From: Pelomyxa schiedti
Taxonomy: Eukaryota > Protista > Evosea
Reading direction: 5' to 3'
Assembly: GCA_020536535.1 (NCBI GenBank)
Contig: JAHLWZ010000636.1
Coordinates: 1-64,000, forward strand
DNA: 64,000 nucleotides
A program made the translations under genes and the position numbers. Positions 62,158 to 64,000 of the stretch are shown here, piece by piece. The notes under the pieces were generated by a model. That model was not told the origin of the DNA. It made no database searches and saw nothing but the letters and a program-made list of their open reading frames with translations. Numbering within the stretch: position 1 is the stretch's first letter; each line of letters begins with the position of its first letter.

Positions 62158-64000
62158 ATGATGAACCCACCAACCACCGACGTCGTTTCGGGCAACCAAC
62201 AGACACCTCCTGTCCCACAATTCAGTGTGTTGGCAGCCCCACCACCCCCAATGAAACCCAAGACCCTTGGGCGGGGTTCATTGACAGCCAGAACGCACGG
62301 CACGGCAGCTGCACCCTCCCACAATTCGAAACCGGGTGCTGTGGAACACGTCAGTATGTTCGTTGTGTCGTGACACTGAGAGCCTGACTTTTTGTGCCTA
62401 TTTTGTTGTTGTGGGATGTGTGCAGCACACAAGAGGTGCAGAATCGGTCCTGAGAAGCTAGAATGGGGAAGTGCCGAATCTGTCACCAGTGGAAAATCGG
62501 GTGCTCGTGACGTCATATTCGTCACAATGCCAAAGGGCACAGTGATGGTCAAAGAAGTTGTGGAAGATGATTGGGTGGGTACAGCTACCCCACTTTTATC
62601 TTCTACATGTCACTCACACTTTTTCAAAAAATAAAAATTAAAAACCACAACCAACAAATAAAACAAGCACTTCATCTTGGCAACTCAGCTGGCACACAGG
62701 ATAGGTGTCAAAGTACCAGCTGTCAATTTAGTGGAAACTTCTTGCAGTGGTTGTTCCTATTTTCTATCAAATGCCTAATTTACAACACGATATAGAATGG
62801 AATGAAATAAGTTCAGTAGTGGAGTCTTTAGACACTACAAGAGCGTGAGATTCATTCATGTGCATTCTCGAAATTTCTTAACTAGATAGAGAAAAGCAAA
62901 GGAGGCCATTCCTTGTAATGGAATTGGCACCTGGCCAGCCCCTTGATACACTGACAAAATCAAAGCTCTCTGAAGTGTTCAACACAGTCAACACTCTTCA
63001 AGTACTATCCAAAAATCAAACTATTTAATGCTGTGAAGATATCATCACCAGAAATGCTCCACTATGCAACACAGAAGAATACCTACTTGCGACAATTTGG
63101 GAATTTGATGTTCTTTGATGCACTGTGCAACTCTAACAGGCTTCCTCTCTTGAATGGCAGAGAGTGCCAGTTGGGGGCAATCTTCTATGATAACTCTGAC
63201 GGAATCTGGGGAATTAATGGTTTCCTTCAACCCTTACCCCTCAACAAGGTTTGTACCACCTTCTTCCTTTCTGTTATCCCATGTCCATTTTTATTTCATA
63301 ATACCGGATTCCACAGCAACCGGACTATATTTCACAGTTATCTGAAACCCTCGGGGCCATGTCTAAGCATCCACAACGCTTGTGTGTAGAAATTGCTTCC
63401 ATGAAAGAGTTCCTGGGCGTGGAAATTGGCCTATCATCTCCAGTGGAATCATTTATTCAAGTTCAATTTGGAGTCATGGAGGCATTTGTCCGAGCTTGCG
63501 AATTGTACACGTCCTTCACTGATATTTTCGAGCAGATACAAGTGCAAGTAGTAACATGCAAATGTCTCCCACATAACAGTTCCCAAAGGCATCCCCCGAG
63601 TTTAACCAAAGTCTGAAGCTTGTCTGTATACCTTTCATACAAAATGCCTTGAATATCTGCCACGTCCACTATGACCAAGCAGTTGGAGTTTTGAAACATG
63701 TTAAGTTACTTATAATTTTCTTTCTTTTAAAATTGGCAGTGGCCCGCAGAGAGTGTCTGTATTGCAGAACACCCAACCTCAAGTACACGAACGGATGTAA
63801 AAATTCTGGTTATGCAAGAACGCTATGGTGGAGAAGATACTGCAGAAGTCTTGGATGAGCTGCTTTCTTCTTCCGACAAGTGTCATTGTGACATGTTAGT
63901 GCTGTTTTAATTTGTGCACAGTGCAGATAGAAAAACTGACATGGTCATTTTCCCTGAGCTCTGGCTTTGGAGTCATAGTGGTGGAATATCAGTGAAGCAA
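62158..64000 (+). CDS. Actin-fragmin-kinase-like domain followed in frame by the start of a carbon-nitrogen hydrolase-like domain; runs off the right edge
   Basis: SGARDVIFVTMPKGTVMVK, FLVMELAPG, LRQFGNLMFFDALCNSNRLPL; later VKILVMQ...TDMVIFPEL. Confidence 0.65.

Noticed and set aside
1-64000. Alternative genetic code, stop readthrough or prokaryotic operons
   Set aside because: The in-frame stops I examined are removed by canonical GT-AG introns; no tRNA, rRNA, transposase or CRISPR array was recognised

Overview
Gene-dense, intron-rich eukaryotic DNA: GT-AG introns of about 45-70 nt, and intergenic gaps often under 200 bp. An actin-fragmin-kinase-like domain and an Entamoeba-type transmembrane kinase suggest an amoebozoan, perhaps an archamoeba; this is inference. 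About 32 spliced genes were reconstructed by eye, so exon boundaries and some starts are approximate. They include a ZC2HC1 zinc finger, SGNH hydrolase, DH-PH-FYVE GEF, GBP-like GTPase, CLPTM1-like protein, GH38 mannosidase, receptor kinase, RING protein, ZIP transporter, LRR protein, USP48-like protease, TMEM42, MRT4, MFSD1, DUSP, 2H phosphoesterase and COMMD10. Four things stand out. (1) At 13.6-20.8 kb, three IFI44-like P-loop GTPases alternate with two coiled-coil genes that share an unrecognised C-terminal alpha/beta domain, arranged like an inverted duplication of a two-gene module; this is a candidate protist immunity system. (2) The region 23.3-25.6 kb has no confident protein gene but holds two copies of a ~290-nt rod-folding putative ncRNA, plus a separate hairpin with perfect 21-bp arms. 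(3) A probable actin-fragmin pseudokinase runs in frame into a nitrilase-like domain at the right edge. (4) A recurrent near-palindromic CCAAGTTGG motif lies just upstream of several start codons.
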